This document shows positions 39,573 through 51,815 of a stretch of DNA of 64,000 nucleotides, piece by piece. The DNA lies in contig JBPGPT010000005.1 of the NCBI GenBank assembly GCA_051047955.1, positions 62,001 through 126,000 of the forward strand, given 5' to 3'. The translations under genes and the position numbers were made by a program. The notes beneath the pieces are model-generated. The model was not told the DNA's origin. It ran no database searches and saw only the letters and a list, made by a program, of their open reading frames with translations. The stretch is from Cystobasidiomycetes sp. EMM_F5 (Eukaryota). Within the stretch, counting starts at the first letter, position 1, and each line of letters opens with the position of its first letter.

Positions 39573-41494
39573 ATGCAGAACGAGATATTACTTGTCTATG
39601 GCGGCAATGGGATCACTGGAATGGCATTCATAGAGGCCGTCCTGAAGGAATCAGACACTGCCGGTAAGCGATAGATCCTGCAACTATAAGGCACTACAAT
39701 GGCAGTCTGAATCTTCCAAATCGACGCTTCCGTGCTCCACGGTACTAGTACAAAAGGTGGTCTGCATTTCGCGAACCACTCCGTTCGTCGATTTCCGAGA
39801 TTCTCGATATTCTCATTTGAAACTGGATCTTAACTCCGGGGCCGACAACATTGCCAGCACTCTGGAAACTGCTGGTCTCGGCAACGCTACTCAAGCACAC
39901 TTTTTCGCTTACATTTCCAAAGACTCGGAGGAAGAGCTGATTGGGGCCAATGTCCCCCTACTTCAGAAGGCAAGAGGCTTACTAGCGCCTTAATATTGAG
40001 CTGGTGTACTTTCCCCTGGGCTAATCAAGACGTCTTCTTCACAAACAGGCTGTCGAAGGCACAACGAAGGCGTGCCGTAATCTCAAAGTGTTTCACTTGC
40101 AGACAGGTTACAGTAAGTCTGGTGCAATATCGCCTACAATTCCTCGACTGACGCAGCCCACCTACAGAATATTATGGGTATGAGGCTTTTGAATCATCGC
40201 TGCAGACAAGTCAGAGCTAAGACAATCTCACAAGTGTGACCAAAGGAGGGGATCAAGTCGCGAAACAGCCATTCTCGGAAGATGCTCCGAGAACGCGGAC
40301 GAACCAGTAAGTCCAGGTGCTCCACAGATCGGCAATGAAACCTCTTAGTTCTGGGATCAGCTTCTACTATCCGCAAGAAGATCTTCTGAAAACTGCGTCT
40401 GCCAAGTATGGGTGGAGTTGGCTTGTGACGCGCCCCTGCATGGTAATCGGAGTAGCAAAAAGTGAGATGTAACCGCAATGCAGTATACACGAATGCTTAC
40501 AATTATTGGGCTTGCGGCGTGCCATGATAGGTAGCATCATGTCGGTACGTGTGCCTCGACACCCGGATTGAAAGCAATCGAACTGATTACGGACCCTTAC
40601 CTGCTGCCTAGATGTAGGCCTCCAGCCGAGTCTCCGAGTTTCGGCAAATAAGCTAATCACCCATTGGTGCGATCTGATAGTGCGGTGACGATCGCTCTGT
40701 ATGCCGAGCTCTGTCGCGCAACTGGCTCACCCTTCCGTTTCCCGGGTGCCGACTTCAGCTATTCCGTGCTTGGTCAAAACGTATGTCTTTCCATACGCTC
40801 TCACATGCATGACGGCAATCGAGGAACACGGGCTTAGATTGTCAAACCGTCGGCAGTCCACAGCCTGGCACAATGCGGCATTTCAGGTTTTCCTGTTACA
40901 GCGCCCGAATGCCTGGAACGAGGCATATAACATCTGTGACAACGAGAGCGGCGATCCATACACTGAGCTCTGGCCTAAGTTGGCTGGGTAAGTGAAGCAG
41001 TTTTGGCGAGTCTGCCATCCGCAATCCCAACACTAACGGTCGTGTCCACAGCTATTTTGGTGTTAAGGTGGAAGAGCCTCCAAAACTGCCGAGTACGGTG
41101 AAGATAGGAGAAGAAAATCACATAGCCTTCAGAACTGGCGAGTGGGCGCGTACACATGATCTGAAAAAGATTGCTCGTGAAGCAGGCTTGGACGAGAATG
41201 TCTACGACCTTGCAAGCTGGGACTTCTTGGATTGGACAACTACAATGCGAGTCTACAACATGTTGGCGGTGACAGCCATATTGATCATGCTTTCCAGGAC
41301 TTGGCCGGTCGTTGGCTCACTTGAGAAGGCCCGACAGATTGGGTGGGGCAAAGACAAGGATATTGGTACATACGAAGATGGCTATGTTCCCACGTTCGAC
41401 AGACTCAAGCAGTACAAGGTATTTCTACGAGCTACAACGCTTGTACACGATGATACTAAGTATACGTGGCCAGATCATTCCGTCTTCCCCGTAA
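39573..41494 (+). CDS. PRISE-like (progesterone 5-beta-reductase/iridoid synthase-like; SirQ-type) atypical SDR, putative enone reductase
   Basis: LLVYGGNGITG, VVCISR, LDL, HFFAY, LQTGYKYYG, PFSEDAPR, FYYPQED, WLVTRP, IALYAELC...FPG, NEAYNI and SLEKARQIGW are the diagnostic PRISE-family motif series. Highly spliced. Confidence 0.88.
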
Positions 41495-42098
41495 ATGGTC
41501 GAAGTGGCACCGCTGTCGTGCCAAATTTCGGTAATCGTTTCCGCGAGCCGCGAATTTTATCGGGAGACCATAGTAACCGAGAAAGTACGGTTTCGGTGTA
41601 GTATAGCCGTTATCCTTTCGCCTCACATGTTATGACGGTGGAGGTGGAGCGTTGCTTCCATAATTCGTGAAACATCTTCGTGCAGAACACAACTACTGCA
41701 GCATGCAACAACTGCGCGACGAGTTGACAGACATTGCAGCCGACTATCGCGTACGCGTATACGCCGAACGTCTTGCTTTGGACAGGAGGCCAGCCGCAGA
41801 GGTCAGATGCTGGAGTTGCTGGACCCGATGCTGAAGGCCTAGCACACATACTGAAACACCGGATCTTAAAGCTGTGCGGCAAGGTTTGTCACGGTTCTGT
41901 GTACATTGTTACAGTGGTTACACCGCAATTCCTTCACTTGGCATTAAGGTACGGTATTCTATAGCTACCGTGTCTCGTTGGAGGATGTCCCTGCACAATA
42001 CAAGCTTAAGCTTATTTTTATGAGCCTATACAGAGCAATACCTGCAATGGGTCACAAAGGACAACACGGAAGCTACAGACGACAGCTGTTGCTGTCTG

Positions 42099-44657
42099 CT
42101 AATCATAGAAGGGCTCAACGTTAAGTCCGTGTAATGCTTCTTGAATCTGTATAGCCGCCACGTGCGAATAGTATCGCGAAATGGCAACATCTCCAGCCAT
42201 AATGATAAATCTCGGATCTGCCGTCGATATTTGGTGAGTCATGAAGCGGCCGGTAAGCTGAGGGACACTCACGACCAGTGGGTCTCCATGTGCCCCGGAC
42301 TTCGCCTTCAGCATTCAGACCCCATACATCCTCCATTGCGTCTGTAATGTCTTCCCCTACGATCTCGGCAGCTTGTAACCGCAAATTTTTGTCCCGGAAG
42401 CTATTGATAGATTGGGCAAGATAAGGCTAGTCAGCCTAGGTCTGTGAGGAGTCTTGTGCAGTTGGCCGTACTTACCCTGTAGCGAAGAGTATAAGATCGG
42501 AATCCAGAGCAGAGCCGTCCACGAAGGCAAGACCTGTCTCCGTGAAGCTGTCGATTGCGACTCCAGACTTAACTTTGATCTAGGTGTATGAGTAAGCAGT
42601 TGTCAGCCAGCCTCGCCATCGAATCGACTTTATCGGGACAGTACTGACGTGGCCATCTGCGATGAGCTCTGAGCAACCTATGTCGACGTAGTGGCCGCCT
42701 TGAAGAACGATGTATACTTGGTGAGCTTTTGTATATAGAATGAATGGTATCAACTCACCTCCTCGACCCAGAGTGTGCGCAAACAAATCGCCGTATCGAA
42801 GCAATTTGAAGCCGGCCGCCTCTAGCTTGTCGAAGCGTTGACTGGCGTAAAAAAACTCAGCTTCCGCTCGGAGTACGCAGGTCGGCGAAAGTCTACGCAC
42901 GAGTACTTCCTGATGAGATCATGTTGTATCCGCATCACCATAGCCCGTGTCACAGCAAGCGGCGTTCCGAAGGCGAAGCGATCAGACACCTCAGATGACA
43001 TGCGATCATTGTAGCCAGCTGCATAAATTGCATATGTATAGATCTCAGTAGACTAGCCCTACTGTAAACAACCAAATGCGCCCACCTCCCAGAATAGCTG
43101 CAAGGTACTCTCGCGGGATGACAAACGTCTTTTCGCGCTGTATTAGCGTGACTTCAGCACACCCGCTGAGATATAGGTCTTGCGCCATATCATGGCCTGT
43201 GCCGCATCTTGTCAGACGATGCGCAAACGCAAGGAAGTAGCAACTCTACCTGAGTTGGCAGTGCCGATTACTATGGCTTTCTTGCCTCGCCAGGTTTTGC
43301 CATTCATGTAAGCAGATGAATGCACTATGTCTCCTTTGTAGAGCTCCTGTCCAGGTTTGAAGGTAAATGAGCTGTCTGTAGAAGCAACGGAAGCAGGAAC
43401 GTACGCGATTGGGAAGTAGCGGCATACTAGGCCTTTGGCTGCCCGCTCCCGCCGCGAATACAAGGAAAGAGGCTGTCACCTCCTGCGAGCTCTCTGACTC
43501 GTGGGAGATAGTCGGCTTGAGCTGTATGAGCCACGAGTGTGCTGAAGTATCGTACTTTGCGGCGATGACCTCTGTAGACGTCCGAACAGGTACTCCGGCT
43601 GCAGCAGCTAAGGCGCGGTACTGGTCCGCGACCCTGGCAGTAGGAACCCACTCCGGAACATCTTTTGAATATGGTAGGTAGGCAGGATGTCCTGTGCGCA
43701 CAGCGATGAGCTCAGAGGGATTCGCGCACGTAGCCAAGATTTTGCCTTACCGTAGGCTTTCGGGGTGTGGAGACAGAGCAAATCGTATCGGAGTCTCCAG
43801 CTATCGCCGGCAGCAGCATTCTTGTCTATCACCAGGACTTTCATCCCCATTCCGCACAAACGCGCACCCAGCTGAGTCCCATTCTGTCCTGTATGGATCG
43901 TATGTGAGATGCGGTACACAGTTTGAGGATACTTTACATACCCGCGCCAATGATAACGACATCGTATGCAGAAAGATGCCCGTTGCTTCGTCTCTCGCCT
44001 GTATTATCCTCTATATTTCCATTGGGATTGCCATTTGCGTTGTGTATAAAGCTAGGCACGGCCTCCTTTTCCTGCTTCGTTGCGACAGGGTTTACATATG
44101 GGTGGCCCTCTAGAGACTCGACAGTGGAGGAGATGATCCAGAACTTCCACTGGTTATTCGAAGAGCCGGAATCGGGGATAAGGCGAAATGCTCCAGAACA
44201 TAGGGCAGCGGGTCGGGAAGTCTTGAAGTTGTAGAGGCCTTGGATCCAAGCAAGGCCTGGTATTGGAGGCTTGACCTTTTCGGCAGTGCCGTTCTGGAAC
44301 ACCAAGTCGTGCACGCCAGCTCGCGGCACTAGCGTTTCAAGGGCTGATTTGACCTTGGCGCGCCCGGTAAACGTCCTGAGTGTGCCGCTCAGAGCGATCT
44401 GCAGGGTGGAGAGCCTTTAGCATACGCATTGATGTTATCGTTCAAGCGCGTGAACTGACCTGGTCGCGAAGGAAAGCATCGCTACGGAAAAGTTGTTCCA
44501 GTGCGGACCATTCCTGTCGTTGGATTGTATCGTCTAGACGCTTGATCATAGACTGACAGACTGCCTCCGCATCGACATTGTCCGGTATGGAGATGTCACT
44601 CGGCAGAGTATAGTCCAAATCGCCGGGGTGGATTGGGGGGATCTGAAGGCGAGCCAT
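42099..44657 (-). CDS. Flavin-containing monooxygenase with N-terminal extension (class B, type-II FMO/YUCCA-like)
   Basis: Extended N-domain (LFRSDAFLRDQ...SGTLRTF), DVVIIGAG|QNG, GDSWRLRYDLLCLHTP, FMO fingerprint variant YKGDIVHSSAY, KKAIVIGTANSG|HD, GGHYVDIGCSELIADG, LFATG and DVWGLNAEGEVRGTWRPTG. Confidence 0.9.
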
Positions 44658-45207
44658 TTTATCGGATTATCGAGGTCGACAGAGTGCTCCAGCGCAGCGA
44701 GGGCAGTGGAGGAGGCAGCGTGTGCTCGTGTGCTTGCCTACGGATCCACGTAGCCGCCGTAGCATCGTCCTGGAAATCAGGCCCCGTCAAGCTGGACCCA
44801 CTCCCGGACCCACACGGCCACACGATGTTTTGCTGACAGCTCAGTCTGCACGGCATCATAGTATTTGTATACATGCAGCTGCAGTACCGCATGGTAGCTT
44901 AGTATCATATCCGTCCACATAAAGGGAGTAAAGGCCGCCTCACACTAAAGGCAGTTTTGGATAGTTGTGGCAGCTGGCGTAGGCAACGAGCGCATTTCGT
45001 TTCATGTTATTACCATTGCCTTTCAAGCTGGCGTGCGATGCTGAGTCAACTGTTGCGCAAACACCCAACAGGAAAATCTCCGTTACCAAAACAAAACCTG
45101 GACCTAGTAATGTCCCACTAGCTGGATTCATCGACATGGAAAACGCAATATTCAACAAAAAACCACCGTCGATACTTTGTCTCCTCAAGTACGCTACCAA
45201 GTCCACT

Positions 45208-47806
45208 TTACTTGGCGGATGCCAAGCTCTCGAGCTGGAGCTCGTCATGCTTGCCTTCGTCTGCTGGACTTGCCGCTCGAAGGGCGCTTGCGTAGTCAGT
45301 GCTGGACATGTTCGTGGTGCTGTCTTTAAAGTTGGCGGTGACACGCGGGACATGATACGGGATAGGACCACCGATAGCACGAAGGCGATGACCAAAGATC
45401 TGCAGAACGGGGACCACAAGGAAGCAGCATCCGTTGATGATGGTCAGCATCGAGACTGCGAGTCATCTCAAGCTGCCTTAGCGTCATGTATGCGAGCGTT
45501 GATATTCACGCTTTACTGACATGCATAGATGGGCCCTTTACCCAGTGTCAAGTCGAGCACTACATGCCGTGCGAGAGCAAGTCAGCATTTTGCATGCCAC
45601 AGATGAAACACACGCACTGTAATAGCTGAGCACAAAACCACCGAGCACGCGGAAGAACTGTAACGCCAGAAACTCGTCGGCGGAGAGTTACGTCTCTCGG
45701 AACAACGGCTCACGTTGATCCAGCCCGCTGATGTAGAGTATGATGTCAGCTTCCGATGCTCGGACACACCGCATAGATATCCTGCGTACAAATCTCGCCG
45801 CCAGCGTCTGGGTAGCAATCAAGAACATATTGGTAGAACCCGGTCATGCTCTGCCTCCTGCATATGTCAGTCTCGTTATCAAGGCCGGACCGGATCAAAC
45901 GAACCATCATGATCCCAGCCAAGTAAGAAGCCTGCACACACACGTACCAGCCTCGCCAGGTCAGAAGATGGACAGCTTCTAATCAATCGCGAGATCGCTT
46001 ACCCAACCGACTGCAACCCAAATGTAATGCCACCGACGCTCGAGTGCGTAGCCGAAGATCACAAGACCAACCAAGAGAGGTCCACAGCCGATATAGTTGA
46101 CCCACAGCCGGACTTCGGGCTTCCACTGGCCGCCAGAACGTTTGATATACGTCCGTTGTATGTAACCGTTAATGATGTGCCCGGCAACCTCGCCGGTAAC
46201 TACGCCAATCATCTGTATTCGCTCTGGTTGTCTCAGTGCTTGCATGTTGCGTATTTCATAGTGATGACTGCCTTACGGGAGCGATGTAGAAGGCTGCCAG
46301 ATTCTTGTACTCGAAGCCATAACTTACATTCATGAGAACACTGATTGTTGTGGCAACTGTATCGAAAACGAAATCAGCACAAGACTTTGACAAAGGGCGT
46401 TCGCGTACTGCCAATGACGCCCAAGAAAATCAAAGAAATCACAACCCCGACCATGGCAACAACCGGCCTGGTCAGAACGCTGGTCTCGGCGGAAGCAGTA
46501 TAAGTACACTGCGTATTTTCGATCATTGTAGCGAACTCACACAAACGACCGGATCCATGCTTCTTTTTCGGTATACGATGTTTTCGGGCGTGAACGGCCT
46601 AGACCAGAGGCGCGACTGATCCACGCTGCAGTTGAGGGTTGCTCAGACGGCGCTATGGCCCTATTATACCTGTGAAATAAAGCGGTTTCACATTTAGCTG
46701 CTTCCGGCGACGCACGATATGTGTGTGTCGTTTGTGTCGTTACTTACCAAGTCTCATCGCAGAAGAGAAGCAGGAGAATTAGGGACACGCCGCTGAGAAC
46801 TGCAAATTGGCCAAATGCCCAGTGCCACAGTGCAATGTTGGCGGGATTGACGGATAAGACGCCGTTGGCGATCAAGGGACCGAGATAAGGCGATAAAATC
46901 CAGAACGACGTCCACTGGATAGTGTTCTCTTAGCAAAATCTTTTAGGTTTGTGCAGATGGGTCCACTGACTAGATTGACCATGGCAACCTGCTCGTGAAA
47001 AAAGTACATGTCTATATAGTAATACAGCTGACATCAGCGTGTTTCTCGAGCTGAGCGAAGCTGCAGTCACCTTTGATGATCATGAGGCCAGTTGCCTGGC
47101 ACGTTGCGGAAAAGAAACCATTCAGGATGCGGGCCGCCAAAAAAGTATTGAAGTCTTCAGCCGCCGCGCAGAGTATTGCAAATATGATGGATAGTGTCGT
47201 CATCCAAATGACCACGGGCAACCTGCCGTACACCTGGGACCACGAGACTGCAAAGACGCCGCCGATACCTGGGACTTTGTCAGTGTCGGACCGCAGGCTG
47301 GCCTGGGCAGGCTGACAAACCTAGCATGGCAACGTTTCCAGACTAAGAAGTGGTTATATCAGGCTTCATAACACACTGCAGCATTTGCGTAGACCTACTT
47401 GTGAAGACAAAATGGTGTTAAGGGAAGCCTGCCAGTAGGTAGCTTGCGGGATGAGGGTAGCCGCACCCGTCGCACTGCCATAATCCGGCAAAACTGCCGC
47501 GACTGCAGTAGATAGCAAAACTCCCAGTTTCTTGCGGGATGACCAATTCAGTGGATCTTTGCAGTCTGTACAGGGATCAGCGAGGAGCATGGTGTACATT
47601 ATCTCGCGCCTTCTGGAGCCTCACCATCGGCAGGCTGGTAACGCGGTTGAAATCAGTACGGGCCGCGAGCTATGAGCAGGTAAACCAACCTGAGGAACCA
47701 ACACGATGTGACCGCGCTTCTTGAGAGCTGCGCCTGCCGCACCAAGTTGGACATCTGACACGATGTGTTCCGCTCCCTCGAGATCGATTGTTGGAGTAGC
47801 CATCAT
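45208..47806 (-). CDS. Major facilitator superfamily transporter (DHA1-like)
   Basis: HIVLVPQ, DPLNWSSRKK, YGRLPVVIW, FLAARILNGFF, WKPEVRLW, YVLDCYP, GWIN|FFRVLGGF and LQIFGHRLR, with many TM segments. Confidence 0.9.
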
Positions 47807-47919
47807 CGAATCTACTAGTACCGAGATACTGCTAATGTTCTACAGGTGCCGAAGGGGGCAGAGGCTGTAAAGACAGCCATTCGACTCGAAGCTTTCGCCT
47901 GGGGCTCCGGCAAGGGCGC

Positions 47920-48118
47920 GACCCCACCAGCACAACATCTGCCAGGTCCCAATCTTGGTGTGGAACATGGGGTCCAGCAACTTAGCAATTGCTTCGGGAT
48001 GCCTTGCAGCTTAGCCTTAGAGATACGATGAGTTACAGAGCAGCCAAGGGACGCAAATGCATACGAAGCGACGAGCACGAATGGTTTGTTCGGCAGTAGG
48101 GAGCGAAGACGACCCCAC
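47920..48118 (-). promoter_or_regulatory. Two GACCCCAC motifs (47920, 48111) plus ATGGGGTC (47967) upstream of the MFS gene
   Basis: Read directly, 110-310 bp upstream of the MFS ATG. Confidence 0.45.
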
Positions 48119-49248
48119 CCAACATCGCCAGGATACACACATGTTCATATCGGCCTAGACGGAGAAGATTTGTCATTACTGAAGATCATGTAGCTTTCTC
48201 AGATCACAAAAGGGCTGAAAGGCGTCGCTTGCTTCAGCGATAAGCAGTCGCCAGAGTTTGCGCCAGTCAGCTTGCGACAAAGTTGGCACGAGGCGCTTTA
48301 TTGATGTCTACTAGCTTGTAGAACATTATCTTCTCCACTCCTCGCGACTGAACCGCTCCCGGACAATGATGTGTATCGCGGTACCGGCTCGCGCACTGGT
48401 GGCCCGCCTTTTGTTTCAACGTCGACAGCTATGAGCCGCAGGCCGACGCGCTTCACGACGTTCGTTGCCGGTCTTCAGCCATGCCAGCAGCATTTTCGGT
48501 CGGACCCCTCAAGACCGTCCGAAGCAAGTAGGATCATAACGGAGGCCGCATGATTTTGTCCATGCTAGGAGCGGACTGAGGAGAAGCTGGATGGAACCAG
48601 TAGCCCACAGGCTAGTCTGCAATACTCTGGCGGGCCATCTCCTCACCCAGCAATGGCCGCCTGCTCTCGCCTGGAACGCTGACGCTTTAGCCGATCTTAC
48701 CGCTGGACGGCCATCGCTAGATGGATAGCCGCGTTGCAGTGACGCCTAGCTGTTCACGCAGAACTCCTGTGCTGACCGCACCAAAGGCAGAGGGTCTGGA
48801 GTCAGATGCGGCTGTTATGCCGGTGGTACTACATCAAACTTGCTTTCTAACAGTGCGCCCGAGCACAATGAACGTCTGCAATCTTCTCTCGAACATGTCA
48901 TTTCTCTAAGTGAATGAGCGTTACTTCGACCAAAATAGGCAGTCTCAGCAGAGCCGACAGGGAGAGGGAGAAGCAGAAGCACCTATGATTGGATTCGGCG
49001 CTCCGATGGTCATTTGTGTCTCTGATCATAAGGACAGTGGACACTTTGGCTAGCGCAGTCCCGCCGCGTACGCGACAGTCTTTTTGTAAAGGAATGCGCA
49101 CATTGAAACGTTGTCATCACATTCTTCTGAGTCCCAGTGACGCTATAAGGCCTGCGAACATTTTGTATACCAAACATTTCCCGTATGCGATATATACCAT
49201 GCCATCGATAGCGGATGCCCGTACGAATGAATAGACCAGGTTGCTATT

Positions 49249-51424
49249 TCACGCCCTTCTCTGCAAGCGCACATCCAGCTTGTTGGCCAGCGCGAACTGA
49301 CCGAAGCTGTCAGTTCTGTGATGTCCGTCCGAACATTTGTGGCTATCTCACTGACCCAGTGATTCTTGTACTCGAGCGGGATTGACGGGTTGACAGGCTC
49401 AATTGTGAATGCGTGTAGGATCGCAGGAACCGCTAGCCGCATTTCTAGCAGGCTAAGATTCTTTCCTATGCAGGTGCGAGAGCCTCCCCCAAACTAACAT
49501 CACGATAGTCAGCAGAGTAGACAGGGCTATTTGCAGCGTCACTCCTATTGAGACGCTTGACACACCGAGAACATGTACTTGTCCATTCTGGACGAAACTT
49601 CCCTGTCCTTGGTAAGCCATCGGTCAGGTCGGAACTCTCTGCATTTTTCACCAAATATTTCCTCGTGCTGATGGATCTGCCAAGCACTGACGCCAACTTG
49701 AGTCTGTGATAGAGTAATTCAACATATCAAAAAAGTTGGCTGAGGCCGTCGTTGCATACCCCTGCCTCGAAATATCGGCCGGCGAGATGCACACCGCCAG
49801 GAGGAACTATCCTTGGCAGCGGATACGACACAGCTGGATGTATACGAAGTGCTTCCTTGACGGTGGCCAAGAGGTATGGCATTTCGGCAGCCTGTTCCAT
49901 ACATTCTCAGCTGCTATCGCGTCACTCTGAGGGCGAAGGAGTCCTTTCACCTCGGAAGCAGATATCGTACCATCCTCAGCAAAGCTTGCGGCCCGGGAAT
50001 CTATCTCTTCCATAAGCTTGCCCAGTACAGTGGGTGTGCGGAGTAGCCAGTAAAATAGGGCTGTCATAGTAGTTCCCGTCTGAACGGTGATAGTTCAGCC
50101 ATTGTATCGTTTAGTTCCACGCGAGTCCTATGACAAACCGTTTCACTACCTGCAGCCAAGGCGACTTGGGCGGCTTGCTTGACACGATCTCTGTACGGTG
50201 ACAGATCCGGGTATGCTTCATCTGTTTTCCCTTCATATGCCTTCATCAGAACGCTCATCTGATCCGAATGCGAGTCAGCATCCGCTTCGTGACGCTGCAA
50301 CTGTCGTTCAAGAAACTGGGCAGGCGAGCGCACCAGGTCAGCGAAGCGCCTCTTTACTTCGTTAGACTTGCTCACCTCGGCTGTGAATGCGAAGCCTTTC
50401 GTAATCGCTGCTGGAGCCGCCATCTTACTGAGAAGGAACTGCGACAGAGGGAATCGCCCGACCTGTTCAAAAAACCATGTCAGCCGCGGGCTTCAATAGT
50501 CAGCGGGGTCTGACTGACGTGAGCCGCGACAATGTTGGCTTGGGAGAACTAATAGCAAGCTTGATTCAGCTGTGAACGCCGAAGGTCAGCATGATGACAA
50601 GAGCAACTTGCAGAATGCATCAAGCCAGACTCGTCGCCGTGCTCAATCGCGCCTGTGTATACACTATCGGCCCACCCCAGCCCCAAAATTGCTCATGTCT
50701 CACCGAAGGCTTCGCCACAGCTGACAAGCGAGCTCAAGTCGAACGCCAGGCTTTCTAGCTTGAAGCCAAGGTTCACCACAGTTTGACCATCGCTAGAGAG
50801 GTCCAAATTCTTGAGAAGGGAAGTTACACCTTTTCGCATCACTTCTTCCAGACCCAACATGGTTTTCATGGTGACTGTTGACATACGGGATCAATCGATG
50901 CGCATGCAGCACCCCATCAGTGTCGATACTCACATGCGGGACCGTACCAGCGTTTCAGCTGGCTGTGGTAGCCATCATTGACTGCGTTGAATGGGTTGGG
51001 TTTATGCTGAGGATTACCGAAGGGAGGATAGAAACTCGTCTTTATAAATCCCGTTGCAAGTCCGTCTGCGCGCGATTCGATAATCAGCATACCATATCCT
51101 TGCTAAATTTGTCACGAGCCGCTCCATACAGATAGCTGGAATGGCTTCGGGTTCATCTATGCAGACTTCATTGGGAGCAATTCGAACGACCGGGCCGTAT
51201 TGAGCGTGCAGCGTGTCCATGCGGTGGGGCCAGTCTCCGTCTACAGACATCTTGGCCGACCACAGGTTAGTAAGCGACGCGATGAAGGGGCCTGGACAAT
51301 GTGCAAGAGGATGCCAGAACCGCATGTAGATTATATAGGCTGCTACTGCAGACAGAGAAGTCGTGAGCAGCAGAATTGACATGGACGAGGCATCATCAAG
51401 CCATGTCATTGTGGATGAGAACAT
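49249..51424 (-). CDS. Cytochrome P450 (resembles the pisatin demethylase/benzoate hydroxylase-type clan)
   Basis: N-terminal TM then HPLAHCPGPFIAS, YGPVVRIAPNE, I-helix AAGSET|T, KEALRIHP (ExxR), FRPDRW and heme motif FGGGSRTCIG. Ends ...VRLQRRA*. Clan assignment is tentative. Confidence 0.93.
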
Positions 51425-51519
51425 CGTATGTAGCGCTATACTAGTACGGGTTGTGAGCAAGCGCTGCTAGAAAAGGTTTAAGGGGTTAAGTTGCGAAGGG
51501 AACGAGCTTGATGGGAGAT

Positions 51520-51536
51520 GTGGGGTCAGCGGGTCC
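51520..51536 (+). promoter_or_regulatory. GTGGGGTC followed by GCGGGTCC upstream of the P450 gene
   Basis: Read directly, about 100 bp upstream of the P450 ATG. Confidence 0.45.
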
Positions 51537-51815
51537 GATGCTGCGGAGCCCCGCGGAAAACGAGGTGGCGTACTTCGCCGCCTGTCAATAGCGCTTGGTG
51601 TCCGGCTACGTCCGTCATCTAGGAAGCACATGATTACTCCGCACGCAGCCATGAATTTATGTAAGCTTCTCTTCACCTTGTTTGGCCGTGCGATAAGGAC
51701 TCCACTACCTGACAGAAACGCATGCCGGCTACTGCAGGGCACCGAAGCGAACGTCTGACATGACTAGAACTATCAAAGCGTCTCTTCCCGGTCCAATCGC
51801 GTCAATGATTGGGGG

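Noticed and set aside
48300..48660. Minus-strand peptide VVKRVGLRLIAVD resembling an alpha/beta-hydrolase strand in the MFS-P450 intergenic region
   Set aside because: Too short, interrupted by stops, and lacking other hydrolase motifs. A gene relic cannot be supported without a search.
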